Source: an uncultured Tolumonas sp. (GTDB lineage: Bacteria > Pseudomonadota > Gammaproteobacteria > Enterobacterales > Aeromonadaceae). Taken from it: a DNA stretch of 64,000 nucleotides. The notes under the pieces are model-generated. The model had not been told where the DNA came from. It did no database searches and saw nothing but the letters and a program-made list of their open reading frames with translations. The stretch lies in NCBI RefSeq assembly GCF_963556105.3, contig NZ_CAUVYG020000005.1:79707-143706 (forward strand), given 5' to 3'. The position numbers and the translations under genes were made by a program. Below are positions 41,890-53,306 of the stretch, piece after piece (position 1 is the stretch's first letter; each line of letters begins with the position of its first letter).

Positions 41890-43434
41890 TTATTTGTTGT
41901 TGTTCGGGCGCAAAGCCGGGAACAAAATGACATCGCGGATAGTGTGGCTGTTGGTGAACAACATCACCAGACGGTCGATACCGATACCCTGACCCGCTGT
42001 TGGTGGCATACCGTGTTCCAGAGCGGTAACGAAGTCAGCGTCGTAGAACATCGCTTCATCATCACCCGCTTCTTTCTGGGCAACCTGTGCCTGGAAGCGT
42101 TCTGCCTGATCTTCCGCATCGTTCAGCTCAGAGAAGCCGTTCGCCAGTTCACGGCCACCGATGAAGAATTCAAAACGGTCGGTCACATCTGGGTTATTGT
42201 CGTTACGACGCGCCAGAGGTGATACCGCTGCCGGGTATTCAGTGATAAAGGTTGGCTGTAACAGCATGTGTTCTGCAGTTTCTTCGAAAATCGCGGTGAT
42301 CACATGGCCCAGTTCCCAGCTCTTCATCAGCTCAACATGGTGACGCTTAGCGACTGCAATCGCGCCTTCCAAAGTAGTCAGCTCTTCTGCTTTAACGTCG
42401 TTGCCGTATTTCAGAATAGACTCAACCATGGTCATGCGCGCAAATGGCTGGCCGAAGTCGATTTCAATGCCTTCTTCGCCTTCTTTCGCATAACGGATCT
42501 TGGTGGTGCCGTGGATGTCTTGCGCCAGAGTACGCAGCATCTCTTCGGTCAGATCCATCAGATCGTTGTAATCGGCATACGCCATGTAGAATTCCAGCAT
42601 GGTGAATTCTGGGTTATGACGAACAGAGATACCTTCGTTACGGAAGTTACGGTTCACTTCGTACACACGCTCGAAGCCACCCACCACCAGACGTTTCAGA
42701 TACAGCTCTGGTGCGATACGCAGGTACATATCGATATCCAGTGCATTGTGGTGGGTCACAAACGGACGTGCAGACGCGCCGCCTGGGATCACCTGCATCA
42801 TTGGGGTTTCCACTTCCATGAAGTTTTTGTTGTTCAGGAAGTTACGGATACCGTTCATCACCTGATTACGGATCTGAAAGGTACGACGTGATTCTTCATT
42901 GGCGATCAGATCGAGGTAACGCTGACGGCAGCGCGCTTCCTGGTCAGTCAAACCTTTATGTTTTTCTGGCAGTGGGCGCAGGGCTTTGGTCAACAGACGA
43001 ATGCCGGTGGTGTGCACAGACAATTCACCGGTATTGGTGCGGAACATGTAACCTTCCACGCCAACGATATCGCCCAAGTCCCATTTTTTGAACTGTTCGT
43101 TATAGAAACCTTCCGGCAGATCATCACGGGTCACGTAGATCTGAACCTTGCCACCCATATCTTGCAAAGTAGCAAATGCGGCTTTACCCATGATACGGCG
43201 CGTCATGATACGGCCCGCAATTTTCACGAAATGTTTTTCAGCTTCTAACTCTTCTTTGGTTTTGTCACCGAAAGCAGAGTGAATATCTGATGCGATCTGT
43301 TCACGACGGAAATCGTTCGGGAACGGATTACCTTTAGTACGCAGTTCCGCCAATTTTGAACGGCGTTGCGTCATTTCGTTGTTAAATTCTTGAACGTCTA
43401 GTTCAGTTTCTGGGGTTTGGTTTTGTTCTGACAT
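41890..43434 (-). CDS. lysS: Lysine--tRNA ligase (class II)
   Basis: [28 protein letters not shown]. Confidence 0.98.
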   Translation of the reverse strand: MSEQNQTPETELDVQEFNNEMTQRRSKLAELRTKGNPFPNDFRREQIASDIHSAFGDKTKEELEAEKHFVKIAGRIMTRRIMGKAAFATLQDMGGKVQIYVTRDDLPEGFYNEQFKKWDLGDIVGVEGYMFRTNTGELSVHTTGIRLLTKALRPLPEKHKGLTDQEARCRQRYLDLIANEESRRTFQIRNQVMNGIRNFLNNKNFMEVETPMMQVIPGGASARPFVTHHNALDIDMYLRIAPELYLKRLVVGGFERVYEVNRNFRNEGISVRHNPEFTMLEFYMAYADYNDLMDLTEEMLRTLAQDIHGTTKIRYAKEGEEGIEIDFGQPFARMTMVESILKYGNDVKAEELTTLEGAIAVAKRHHVELMKSWELGHVITAIFEETAEHMLLQPTFITEYPAAVSPLARRNDNNPDVTDRFEFFIGGRELANGFSELNDAEDQAERFQAQVAQKEAGDDEAMFYDADFVTALEHGMPPTAGQGIGIDRLVMLFTNSHTIRDVILFPALRPNNNK

Positions 43435-43451
43435 GATGATTCCTGCTTGGA

Positions 43452-44550
43452 TTACAGCCCTGATTTCAGGCTGGCTTCAATAAATTTGTCCAGATCGCCA
43501 TCGAGTACCGATTGGGTGTTGCGTGTTTCCACCCCAGTCCGTAAGTCTTTAATACGCGAATCGTCTAATACATAAGAACGGATCTGACTACCCCAACCGA
43601 TGTCGGATTTAGTCTCTTCCAGCGCCTGTTTCTCGGCGTTCTGTTTCATCATTTCCAATTCATACAGTTTGGCTTTGAGCTGTTTCATCGCCTGATCTTT
43701 ATTCTTATGCTGGGAACGATCGTTCTGACACTGAGTCACAGTATTAGTTGGAATGTGGGTAATACGCACCGCAGATTCAGTTCGGTTAACGTGCTGACCA
43801 CCCGCACCCGAAGCGCGGTAAACGTCGATACGCAGATCGGCCGGATTGATCTCGATTTCTACATCTTCATCAATTTCTGGATAAACGAAAGCAGAACAGA
43901 ATGAAGTATGACGACGACCACCAGAATCGAACGGGCTCTTACGTACCAGACGATGCACGCCAGTTTCAGTACGCAACCAGCCAAACGCATATTCGCCGGT
44001 AAACTTGATGGTGGCCGATTTAATACCCGCGACATCACCATCGGAACATTCGATCAGTTCTGGTTTATAGCCATGTGCTTCGCCCCAACGCAGGTACATA
44101 CGCAGCACCATGTCGGCCCAATCTTGCGCTTCCGTACCACCGGAGCCAGATTGAATATCCATGTAACAGTCGGAAGCGTCATGCTGACCAGAAAACATGC
44201 GACGGAATTCAAGATCGACCAGTTTCTTTTCCAGTGCATCCAGCTCGGTTTCGGCTTCATGGAAGGTTTCTTCATCTTCACCTTCCACCGCCAATGAAAC
44301 GAGCATTTCCACATCTTCTGACCCTTGAGTCAGTGCGTCAATGGTCGCTACTACGCCTTCCAGCGCAGAACGCTCTTTACCCAATGCTTGTGCCTTCTCT
44401 GGCTCATTCCAAACATCAGGTTGTTCTAATTCGGCACTGACTTCTTCTAAACGCTCTTTCTTAGCGTCGTAGTCAAAGGTACCCCCTCAGGAGTTCAGTC
44501 CGTTCAGACAACTCCTTGAGCTTATTTAATACTGGATTCACTTCAAACAT
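43452..44550 (-). CDS. prfB: Peptide chain release factor 2, expressed by programmed +1 frameshift (25 aa ORF1 44550-44476, ORF2 44474-43452, 365 aa total)
   Basis: MFEVNPV start, AGGGGG-TAC-CTT-TGA-C shift site, SPF anticodon motif, GAGGQ. Confidence 0.97.
44472..44487 (-). other. RF2 autoregulatory +1 frameshift signal
   Basis: Internal SD AGGGGG (44487-44482), 3-nt spacer, then CTT TGA C. Confidence 0.95.
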
Positions 44551-44629
44551 TGAAGGGATTCTCTCTTTGGTCGGGTTATAGGAAAAACGGCGTATTTTAG
44601 CGGATAGGTCGCGTAATAAACAGGGTTAA

Positions 44630-44645
44630 TGTGATCAATGCCACG
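44630..44645. promoter_or_regulatory. Possible CRP site in the prfB/MCP divergent region
   Basis: TGTGA-TCAATG-CCACG versus TGTGA-N6-TCACA. Confidence 0.35.
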
Positions 44646-44830
44646 CATCAGATCGATTACTGGTTTCAAAAGCAACGCTTGAGCGCACATCAACTAGCTT
44701 TATTAATAGGATCAGGTAGATTGCGGCACAACTTTTGATTAGGAAGTATGAATGTAAGCTACAATAGAGCTGGTTTTATAAAACAATAAAAATACTAATC
44801 CTTTCTTTTTGTCTGGGGGCGTGAAACGCA

Positions 44831-46720
44831 ATGAACACAATGTCGCTGAAAAACAAACTATCCATCGCAGCCAGTGCAGCTATCTTACTGGTGGGTGTGA
44901 TATTAACGACTGAAACTTATTTAGCAGCCAAATCGCGTTTAGAAACAAATCTAAGCCAGCAGGTTGATGATTTGGGAAACACCTTTGCAGCCAGTGTTAA
45001 TTACTGGTTTAACAGCAAAGGTTCCGCGATAAAAGCATTTCAGGCTGATCCGACCAACGACATTGAAATCGTAAAAGGGCTACAACAAACACGTCTTTCC
45101 GGTGAGTTTGATAACGTGTTTTATGCCCGCCCGGATGGTAGTCAATTAAATGCCAATGGTGTGGTGTTACCGCCAGGCAATGATGACCCACGCAAGTGGG
45201 ATTGGTATCAAAAAGCACAAGCCAACCCAGCTGAAGTCTATGTATCGCCACCATCTATTGCCGCTGCAACCGGACAATTTGTGGTATCACTGGGTAAAGC
45301 CGTACAACAAAATGGCAAGACCTCCGCAATTTTGGGGGTTGATGTAACGGTAACTGAACTGCTGAACCAGTTGAGTAAAGTACAATTGCCTGGTGATGGC
45401 AGTGCGTTTTTAATCAATAACAATGGCATCATTCTGGTTCATACTGAGAAAGAACAGTTATCGCAACCAATCAGCAAATTATACCCTGAACTGGATTTCG
45501 CCAGTCTAAGCAGTATGAAAGCAGGTCAATTCCGTTTGGTTCAACACAATAACCGAACCGAACGCGTTTATGTCTCACCGGTAAGCGGTCAGAATCAGCT
45601 TTTGGTGTTAGTGCTGGATAACGACAAAGTCACTGCCCCCCTGTATACACAGATGTGGACCAGTATCGGCGTATTGCTGGTTGTTCTGTTAATTTCCTTA
45701 GGTGGCTTTGCACTGATGTGTAATGCCTTGTTCCGTCCGTTAGCCGTCGTTTCACAAGCACTGGCTAAGATAGCCGATGGTAACGGTGATCTGACACAGC
45801 GTATTCCACTGAGCAACCGTGATGAAGTTGGGCAATTAGCGGCTAACTTCAATAAGTTTGTCGACAGCCTACATCAATTGATCGCGCATGTTCGTCATCA
45901 GGCCAAAGATATTGGTGATGAAGCATCTCAAGGTTTACGTCGCACTAAAACTTCAGTGCAGGAATTAGGTCGTCAGCAGCAAGAAATTGCGATGGTAGCA
46001 ACCGCTGTCACTGAAATGGCCTCTGCAACACAGGAAATTGCCAATAATGCCGAACAAACTGCAGCCGCTGCGATTCAATCTGCCGAAAGCAGTGAAGCAG
46101 GTAAATCTTTAGTTAATAAAACTCGTGAATCTATCCGTCATCTGGCAGATGGGGTTTCTGAAGCGACCGATGTTATTGCGCAACTGGATCGCCATGCGCA
46201 AGAAATCAACGGTATTCTGGCCACAATCAAGGGTATTGCCGAACAAACCAACTTATTGGCACTCAATGCTGCTATTGAAGCGGCTCGTGCCGGTGAGCAA
46301 GGCCGTGGCTTTGCGGTAGTAGCAGATGAAGTGCGGGTGTTATCACAACGTACAGCCGCATCCACCACTGAAATTCAATCCACCATTGAAACGCTGCAAC
46401 GCACTACGCAGAAAGCCGTCAACATGATGGAAAAAAGCAGTGATATGGCCGCGCACAGTGTGCAGGACGCACTAGATGCCTCTTCTGCATTGGAAGAAAT
46501 CACCCAAGCGGTAAGTTCTATTTCTGATATGGCCAATCAAATCGCGACGGCAGCTGAAGAGCAAAGCCATGTGACCGGTGAAATTACCACCAATGTTACC
46601 GCCATCAAAGACGTAGCAGATGAAGTCGCCAGCGGTGCGATTCAGGCAGAAGATGATGCACATAAACTGCAACGTCAAGCTGATGATCTGAATAGCAAGG
46701 TTGCACATTTTATTCTCTAA
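44831..46720 (+). CDS. Methyl-accepting chemotaxis protein (dCache_1-HAMP-MCP signal)
   Basis: Two TM segments, a periplasmic dCache-type region (DPRKWDWY), [38 protein letters not shown]. Confidence 0.93.
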   Translation: MNTMSLKNKLSIAASAAILLVGVILTTETYLAAKSRLETNLSQQVDDLGNTFAASVNYWFNSKGSAIKAFQADPTNDIEIVKGLQQTRLSGEFDNVFYARPDGSQLNANGVVLPPGNDDPRKWDWYQKAQANPAEVYVSPPSIAAATGQFVVSLGKAVQQNGKTSAILGVDVTVTELLNQLSKVQLPGDGSAFLINNNGIILVHTEKEQLSQPISKLYPELDFASLSSMKAGQFRLVQHNNRTERVYVSPVSGQNQLLVLVLDNDKVTAPLYTQMWTSIGVLLVVLLISLGGFALMCNALFRPLAVVSQALAKIADGNGDLTQRIPLSNRDEVGQLAANFNKFVDSLHQLIAHVRHQAKDIGDEASQGLRRTKTSVQELGRQQQEIAMVATAVTEMASATQEIANNAEQTAAAAIQSAESSEAGKSLVNKTRESIRHLADGVSEATDVIAQLDRHAQEINGILATIKGIAEQTNLLALNAAIEAARAGEQGRGFAVVADEVRVLSQRTAASTTEIQSTIETLQRTTQKAVNMMEKSSDMAAHSVQDALDASSALEEITQAVSSISDMANQIATAAEEQSHVTGEITTNVTAIKDVADEVASGAIQAEDDAHKLQRQADDLNSKVAHFIL

Positions 46721-46739
46721 CCATTTCTTGCATGTAAAG

Positions 46740-46769
46740 AAAAGCCAGTATTTGAACATACTGGCTTTT
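46740..46769 (+). terminator. Terminator between the two MCP genes
   Basis: AAAAGCCAGTAT / ATACTGGCTTTT. Confidence 0.8.
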
Positions 46770-46869
46770 TAATTTATTTAAACCAGAACAAGTCTGACTA
46801 TAACAACATTTTCATTCACAAAAGCCATCTATGCTTATAGGAGAATTATCCCTAGGAAAATATTTATCT

Positions 46870-48738
46870 ATGTTTAAGCATTCGTTAAAAGCCAAAATTC
46901 TAATGCTGGTCAATCTGGCTATTCTGACCATCATTATTCTGCTTTCCACTACGTTTTATCATTCACAAAAAGAACTGCTCATACAACAAAGTTACCTAAA
47001 TCTGAAAAGTGTCGGTGCTGAAATATCACGAGGCATTGCCGATTGGATAAAAGTACGTCACAGCATTATTGATGGCTTGAGTAAAAATATTGATAGCCCG
47101 GAATTAGTGACTCATTTAGTGCAAGCCAGAACATCCGGTAATTTTGCCCTCACCTTTTATGGTGATGAAAACGGCAAAATGGTAGATGCCGACCCAACCA
47201 TTGATCGGGCCGGATATGACCCCAGAACACGCGATTGGTATAAAGATACCAAGGCCGCCGGGCAAGCTACCTTATCCAACCCCTACATCAGTGCTTCAAT
47301 GAAAAAACTGGTTGTCGCCTTTTCCAGCCCCGTCGCTCATGGTGTGGTATCAGGTGTGATTGATATTGATAACATTATCAATAATATCAATGGCCTCAAC
47401 CTTCAGGCTGATGGAGAAGCAGTTCTGCTGCTTAAAGACAGCACTGTCATCGCTTATAAAGATAAAAACCGGATCCTGAAGTCAGCGAGCGAGATTGCCC
47501 CCGATCTTACCGCTTCTTTTTTGGAACAATCTTCTCTGGGTGATGAATTTCAAGCCATTCAAATCAATGGAAAAGACAAACTAGCGTTGACAGTACAGAT
47601 CCCCAATACCGAATGGCGCATTTTATTTTCGCTGGATAAAGCCACGTTGATGGCACCGCTATACAGTAAATTACTCCAGCAAATTATCATTGCCTTAATT
47701 ATTGGCGCTGTGTTCAGTCTGGTTATGAGTTTATGGATCAATCACCTCTTCCGCCCATTAAAAACGGTCTCGGATGCGCTGCAAACAATTGCAAACGGTA
47801 AAGGAGATTTGACGAAACGGATCCCGCTTAACAATGAAGATGAGATTGGCTTGTTAGCCGCTAACTTCAATCGTTTTGTTGGTAGTTTGCATGAATTGAT
47901 CACGCATATTCGTGCCCTAGCCAGTGATATTGATAATGAGGCAGATCAGGGGCTTAAACGCAGTCAAAGCTCGGTGAGTGAACTGAGTCGTCAGCAGCAA
48001 GAGCTCACCATGGTGGCAACTGCTGTCACGGAAATGGCATCAGCCACGCAAGAAATTGCAGGGAATGCGGAACAAACCGCAGCCGCTGCTATTGAATCAT
48101 CAGAAAGCAGCGAAGCTGGCAAATCATTAGTGAATAAAACCCGGGAATCGATCAGTCATCTGGCGGACGGTGTTTCGGAAGCTACAGAAGTGATTGCGCA
48201 ACTCGATCGTCATGCTCAAGAGATCAACGGTATTTTAGCTACCATCAAGGGCATCGCAGAACAGACCAATCTGCTGGCATTAAATGCCGCCATTGAAGCC
48301 GCGCGGGCTGGCGAACAAGGCCGAGGGTTTGCCGTAGTAGCAGATGAAGTGCGTGTCTTGTCGCAACGCACTGCTGCCTCTACCACCGAGATTCAATCCA
48401 CTATTGAAACATTACAGCGCACCACGCAAAAAGCAGTGAATATCATGGCGAGCAGTCAGGATATGGCGGCACACAGCGTTAAAGACGCACTGGATGCCTC
48501 TTCTGCATTAGAAGAAATTACCCGTGCCGTCAGCTCTATTTCCGATATGGCAAACCAGATCGCAACAGCAGCGGAAGAACAAAGTCACGTCACCAGTGAA
48601 ATCACCACCAACGTTACGGCAATTAAGGATGTAGCCGATGAGTTAGCCGATGGCGCGGTTCAAACACAGAAAGATGCCTATAAACTGCAAACGCACGCCG
48701 CTGATTTAACCAATAAGGTGGCACATTTTATTCTTTAA
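46870..48738 (+). CDS. Methyl-accepting chemotaxis protein (dCache_1-HAMP-MCP signal), paralog of the preceding gene
   Basis: [13 protein letters not shown] and a near-identical signalling tip. Start is uncertain (46831 or 46870). Confidence 0.92.
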   Translation: MFKHSLKAKILMLVNLAILTIIILLSTTFYHSQKELLIQQSYLNLKSVGAEISRGIADWIKVRHSIIDGLSKNIDSPELVTHLVQARTSGNFALTFYGDENGKMVDADPTIDRAGYDPRTRDWYKDTKAAGQATLSNPYISASMKKLVVAFSSPVAHGVVSGVIDIDNIINNINGLNLQADGEAVLLLKDSTVIAYKDKNRILKSASEIAPDLTASFLEQSSLGDEFQAIQINGKDKLALTVQIPNTEWRILFSLDKATLMAPLYSKLLQQIIIALIIGAVFSLVMSLWINHLFRPLKTVSDALQTIANGKGDLTKRIPLNNEDEIGLLAANFNRFVGSLHELITHIRALASDIDNEADQGLKRSQSSVSELSRQQQELTMVATAVTEMASATQEIAGNAEQTAAAAIESSESSEAGKSLVNKTRESISHLADGVSEATEVIAQLDRHAQEINGILATIKGIAEQTNLLALNAAIEAARAGEQGRGFAVVADEVRVLSQRTAASTTEIQSTIETLQRTTQKAVNIMASSQDMAAHSVKDALDASSALEEITRAVSSISDMANQIATAAEEQSHVTSEITTNVTAIKDVADELADGAVQTQKDAYKLQTHAADLTNKVAHFIL

Positions 48739-48767
48739 CTGACAAGCATAACGTTGCTAAAAATTGT

Positions 48768-48797
48768 AAAAGCCGACAATAAAGTTTGTCGGCTTTT
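48768..48797. terminator. Bidirectional terminator MCP2/recJ
   Basis: AAAAGCCGACAA / TTGTCGGCTTTT. Confidence 0.75.
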
Positions 48798-48888
48798 ATT
48801 TTTGGAACCATGCTTAATTTGAGCTCATGCATTTTTTGCAATGACAGAGTAGAAACCGGATTTCCCCGCCGTTTATTGCGGGGCTTTT

Positions 48889-50619
48889 TTACCTAATAGC
48901 AACGACCTGCTCGACCAATAATTGTACCGACCGTTGTCCACGCCATTCATTGATATCTAACCGATAAACCAATTGCACCTGCCCTACAGAAGCATCTGGC
49001 CAACAATTTAAATCAACATTAAATGCGATCGCATCCAAACGAGGGCCATTAGGTAGCTGAACTTCCATTTTCAGGTGTTTGCTCCCCACCAGCTTTTGGT
49101 GGCGCAGATGAAAAACACCATCGAAGCAAGGTTCAGGAAATGCTTGCCCCCACGGCCCGGCATTACGCAATGCTTCAACCATCTCCAGCGAGAACTCCTG
49201 AGCCAGCAACTCACCGTCGGTTAATACGGTCCCCGTTAGCTGTTCTGGCGTAAGCCATTCCGCCACCAACGCGGTAAATTTTTCTCGGAAAGGTTCTAAG
49301 CTCGTTTTTGGTAATGACAACCCGGCCGCCATCGCATGGCCGCCATATTTACTGATCAGCCCTGGATGCAGTTGATCTAAACGTTCCAGCGCATCCCGCA
49401 TATGCAGGCCAGGAATAGAACGGCCAGAGCCTTTTAGCTCGTCATCGCTGCTTTCTGCAAACGCAAACACCGGACGGTGATATTGTTCTTTGATACGAGA
49501 GGCAACTAAACCGACAACCCCTTGATGCCAATCATCTTGATGTAACACCAAAGCAGCAGGTAATTCACCCTCCAATGCTTTCAAACGCGACAGCGTTGCC
49601 AGCGCTTCTTGTTGCATGCTGCCTTCAATGGCTTTGCGTTCCTGATTTAAGGCATCCATTTGTGATGCCAAATGACGGGCAATGTTTTCATCGTTGGACA
49701 GCAGACAAGCGATGCCCATGGTCATGTCATCAAGACGACCCACCGCATTCAGACGCGGGCCCAAGAAATAACCCAAATCGTTGGCGGTCAGGAGTGACAG
49801 TTCGCGCCCGGCCACTTCACACAGCGCCTTAATACCCGCTCGGCATTTGCCAGCACGGATACGCTGTAACCCCTGATGCACTAAAATGCGATTGTTGTTA
49901 TCCAGCGCCACCACATCGGCAACTGTACCGAGCGCCACCAAATCGAGATAATCAGCGACATTCGGTGCAGTAATATTTTGCTGAGTAAACCAACCAAGTT
50001 GCTGCAAATGACTTTTAAGCGCAGCCATCAGATAAAACGCCACGCCCACACCAGCCAGATTACCCGAGCCAAACCCGCAACCTTGCTGGTTCGGATTCAC
50101 TATTGCATCGGCTTGCGGCAATTCTGTACCGGGTAAATGGTGATCGGTGATCAATACCTTCATGCCCTGCTGGCGTGCGGTTTCGACACCCGCCAGACTA
50201 GAAATGCCGTTATCTACTGTGATCAGTAATTCGGCATTTTGCTGAGCCGCCAGCATGGCAATTTCAGGGCTTAAACCATAACCATATTCAAAACGGTTCG
50301 GCACTAAATAGGCGACGTTTTGCGCGCCCATCGCGCGTAATGCCAATGTCATTAAGGCGGTGCTAGTGGCACCATCGCAGTCAAAATCGCCGACGATAAT
50401 AATCCGTTGTTGTTGCTGCAAAGCCTCAGTCAGTAACGCCAGCGCTTGTGGTAAATCTTTCAGCCCTTGTGGCGCTAATAAATTGCCGGCAGAGCGATTT
50501 AATTCATCGACCTTCGTGATACCGCGGCTAGCATAAATCTGGCGTAAACGGGCAGGCATATCGGCAGGTAAAAAAGAGTCATCGACTTGTGGACGGCGGC
50601 GAAGTTTAAAAGTCATCAT
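48889..50619 (-). CDS. recJ: ssDNA-specific exonuclease RecJ
   Basis: GDFDCDG, TVDNG, TDHH, GTVADV, GPRLNAVGR, GGHAMAAG. Confidence 0.97.
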   Translation of the reverse strand: MMTFKLRRRPQVDDSFLPADMPARLRQIYASRGITKVDELNRSAGNLLAPQGLKDLPQALALLTEALQQQQRIIIVGDFDCDGATSTALMTLALRAMGAQNVAYLVPNRFEYGYGLSPEIAMLAAQQNAELLITVDNGISSLAGVETARQQGMKVLITDHHLPGTELPQADAIVNPNQQGCGFGSGNLAGVGVAFYLMAALKSHLQQLGWFTQQNITAPNVADYLDLVALGTVADVVALDNNNRILVHQGLQRIRAGKCRAGIKALCEVAGRELSLLTANDLGYFLGPRLNAVGRLDDMTMGIACLLSNDENIARHLASQMDALNQERKAIEGSMQQEALATLSRLKALEGELPAALVLHQDDWHQGVVGLVASRIKEQYHRPVFAFAESSDDELKGSGRSIPGLHMRDALERLDQLHPGLISKYGGHAMAAGLSLPKTSLEPFREKFTALVAEWLTPEQLTGTVLTDGELLAQEFSLEMVEALRNAGPWGQAFPEPCFDGVFHLRHQKLVGSKHLKMEVQLPNGPRLDAIAFNVDLNCWPDASVGQVQLVYRLDINEWRGQRSVQLLVEQVVAIR

Positions 50620-50685
50620 GAATTATCTGAGTATTTAAGCAGGATCTGCGGGCACGTTAGCCCGCAGCAGCCTGATTAGCAAGGA

Positions 50686-52308
50686 TCAAAGATTATCGAT
50701 CTGTTTGTCTTGCGGGTAAGCAACCTGATAGCCGGTGTCTAAAGTCGCTGTTTTACCGGCTGGCAATGGTAATTCCCACCGTTGCACGCCGGCTTGCTGA
50801 TTCACATTTTGCTCTTTCGGTGCCACAGTACCGTCTAACGTTGAAACCTTAATATCTTGCTGTTTGGAAACTGGCCAGCTATCTAACACTGTCAGTGACA
50901 TCGGTTTCGGGTGTCCGTTGGTGACTTTAAGTTGGTAATGACGTTGCAGGGTTTGTTGTTTATTCAGCACTCCCGACTCACCCGCTTCATTTTTCAGCGT
51001 CTGCCAATCCAGTTTCACAGCATCATCGGCACCAAAACCCATTGCGATCTGATCTTTCGGGGCCAGCAAAGGCTGATCGACTCGCCCTACTCTGACACCA
51101 TCACGTTGTAATAACCATTCGCCCGGCAACAGTGGTGTGGAAGATGGGTTTTCAACTTTAGCATACAGATAAGCATGCGGATCCAGACGCGGTACAGCCT
51201 GTAAATTCAGCGACACTGGCCATTGCTGTTGTTGCAAGACGACCCGTTGCTTTTCTTCGCTAGAATTAACATTGATCTTGCCTGGGATCTGATAAGAAAC
51301 ATGATATCCGCTATCAATCACCGTCGCCCGCTGCTCGGCTACTGGTGCAGCTGCCACCATCATTTCCGGCATCGCCGCATCAGCGACAGCACCAGCCGAT
51401 TTCATTAATGTGTTCCGTGGGACTGGGCGTTGATAATCAATCCACCAGCTGGAAAGTGCCGGGGGCTCTACTGCTGCACTGGGTTGTAATGTCGAGAGCG
51501 TTAACGCAACATTATCCCAATTTTCGCCGCTATTTTGCTGCACATAAGCCGCTTGGGTGACGGCCAATTTGCTTTGCTGGGTATCTAAATTTGCATCATA
51601 AACCGGATACCAACTGGCCTGATTGAGCTGATAACTCAGCTTCATCGCTAATTTGCCACCCACCGATTGCAGATGTACCACGGCAACTTTATTGTCCTGC
51701 TGACGATTATTGAGCTGCTCCAGCTCGCGCTGCGTGACATCAATTTGCTGTTTCAGCGCACGAATTTCGCGTGCCAGTGTCACTTTTGCCGCACCAATTT
51801 CTTTCATCCCAGCACCTAGCGTCTGCCAGCCAGCACGCCACTGCACAACTGAATTACTCTCGACAGTTTTCTCTGCTTTCGGTGTACCGCCTTGTTCCGC
51901 CAATTTTTGCAGATAGGTTTGCTGGGTGTTCAGTGCCAGTTCATCGGCTTGCAGTAACGCCTGCTGATCCAATTGCGCGGTCAGCTTATCTTGTAACTCT
52001 TTTGCACGTGGCAGCACCAGTTCACTGCGTACCTCATTTTTGAGCTCAACACTCGCCACCGAACTGCCTTTATCGCCGCTACCGGTGATGCGCAGTGAGT
52101 TTTCATCCAGCGTCGATGGCAAGCCAGCGACCAGAACTGTCTGCGGCCCAGCGGGCAATTCCACCGTAAACGTTCGCGTGACCGTGGCCGAGGAAGGGTA
52201 AACCGTTACCGCCGCAATCTGGCTCTCAACAACTTGTTCCGCCATCGCGGATGACACCATTAACGCCAACAGACTCAATGAAAATACTTGGATTGTTTTA
52301 TTCGACAT
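50686..52308 (-). CDS. Exported DUF4140/DUF4139 protein (MuiA-like)
   Basis: Signal peptide (AMA-E), IAAVTVYPSSATVTR, coiled coil, YQLNQASWYPVYDANL, GADDAV. Confidence 0.78.
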   Translation of the reverse strand: MSNKTIQVFSLSLLALMVSSAMAEQVVESQIAAVTVYPSSATVTRTFTVELPAGPQTVLVAGLPSTLDENSLRITGSGDKGSSVASVELKNEVRSELVLPRAKELQDKLTAQLDQQALLQADELALNTQQTYLQKLAEQGGTPKAEKTVESNSVVQWRAGWQTLGAGMKEIGAAKVTLAREIRALKQQIDVTQRELEQLNNRQQDNKVAVVHLQSVGGKLAMKLSYQLNQASWYPVYDANLDTQQSKLAVTQAAYVQQNSGENWDNVALTLSTLQPSAAVEPPALSSWWIDYQRPVPRNTLMKSAGAVADAAMPEMMVAAAPVAEQRATVIDSGYHVSYQIPGKINVNSSEEKQRVVLQQQQWPVSLNLQAVPRLDPHAYLYAKVENPSSTPLLPGEWLLQRDGVRVGRVDQPLLAPKDQIAMGFGADDAVKLDWQTLKNEAGESGVLNKQQTLQRHYQLKVTNGHPKPMSLTVLDSWPVSKQQDIKVSTLDGTVAPKEQNVNQQAGVQRWELPLPAGKTATLDTGYQVAYPQDKQIDNL

Positions 52309-52334
52309 TATGTTCTCTCGTACTTAATCCAGCG

Positions 52335-53228
52335 TTATGCGCGCGGATGATGTTCCTGATGTAATTCTTGCAAACGTGCCTGCGCTACATGGGTATAGAT
52401 CTGCGTAGTCGACAGATCCGAGTGGCCGAGCAGCATCTGCACAACACGTAAATCAGCACCATGATTCAATAAATGTGTGGCAAAAGCATGTCGCAGCGTA
52501 TGCGGTGACAGATCAGAATTAATATTGGCCCGCACTGCATAGAGTTTAATGCGATGCCAGAATGTCTGGCGGGTCATATGCTGCGCACGGTTAGAGGGAA
52601 ACAGCACATCCGATGATTGCTCATGCAGCAGCGTCATACGCCCTTCGCGCATAAAACGCTGGATCCAATATTGCGCCTCTTCGCCCGTTGGCACGAGACG
52701 GTCTTTATTACCTTTACCAGTCACCCGCACATACGCCATGTTAGATGCCAACTGATGGATTTGCAGGCTCACCAATTCAGTGACACGCAAGCCAGTGGCA
52801 TAAAGCAATTCCAGCATCGCTTTATCACGCAGCTCGATCGGATCTTGGACGCGCGGTTCCGCCAGCAACGCATCAACTTGCTCTTCGCTGATATCTTTCG
52901 GTAAACGCAGAGGCAACTTCGGCGCATCTAACGCCACGGTCGGGTCATCGGCCCGTAACTGCTCGCGAATTAAAAATTGGTAAAAACGGCGCAGCGCACT
53001 GAGCAAGCGCGCGGTGGAAGTTGCCTTGAAACCCTGATCGATCCGCCATGCCAGATAGTTATGCAGCAACAAGGTATCGAGCGTGAGATAAGAAGAAGCC
53101 TTGCTGTCGAGCCAGTCATTCAGCTTATAGAGATCAGTGCGGTAAGAAGAAACGGTATTATCGCTCAACCCGCGTTCCAGCCATAACATATCCAAAAACT
53201 GCTCAATCAGAGGATTATCTTGTTTCAT
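52335..53228 (-). CDS. xerD: Site-specific tyrosine recombinase XerD
   Basis: ERGLSDNT, LYATGLRVTEL, GKGNKDRLVP, SPHTLRHAFATHLLNHGADLR, LGHSDLSTTQIY. 297 aa from ATG 53228. Confidence 0.96.
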   Translation of the reverse strand: MKQDNPLIEQFLDMLWLERGLSDNTVSSYRTDLYKLNDWLDSKASSYLTLDTLLLHNYLAWRIDQGFKATSTARLLSALRRFYQFLIREQLRADDPTVALDAPKLPLRLPKDISEEQVDALLAEPRVQDPIELRDKAMLELLYATGLRVTELVSLQIHQLASNMAYVRVTGKGNKDRLVPTGEEAQYWIQRFMREGRMTLLHEQSSDVLFPSNRAQHMTRQTFWHRIKLYAVRANINSDLSPHTLRHAFATHLLNHGADLRVVQMLLGHSDLSTTQIYTHVAQARLQELHQEHHPRA

Positions 53229-53306
53229 TACTAATTTGTTACCTTTGTTGGCGATCCGCGCTGCACTTTTGTAACATGGAATCAATTTTGTTGTCTGGAA
53301 ATCATT

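Noticed and set aside
41034-43248. Long plus-strand ORFs (215 aa at 41034, 157 aa at 41749, 207 aa at 42268) opposite ybiT and lysS
   Set aside because: They are antisense to highly expressed genes, where codon bias suppresses stops, and show no recognisable domain.
43452-44384. prfB as a truncated gene or pseudogene starting at TTG 44384
   Set aside because: Explained by the canonical +1 frameshift.
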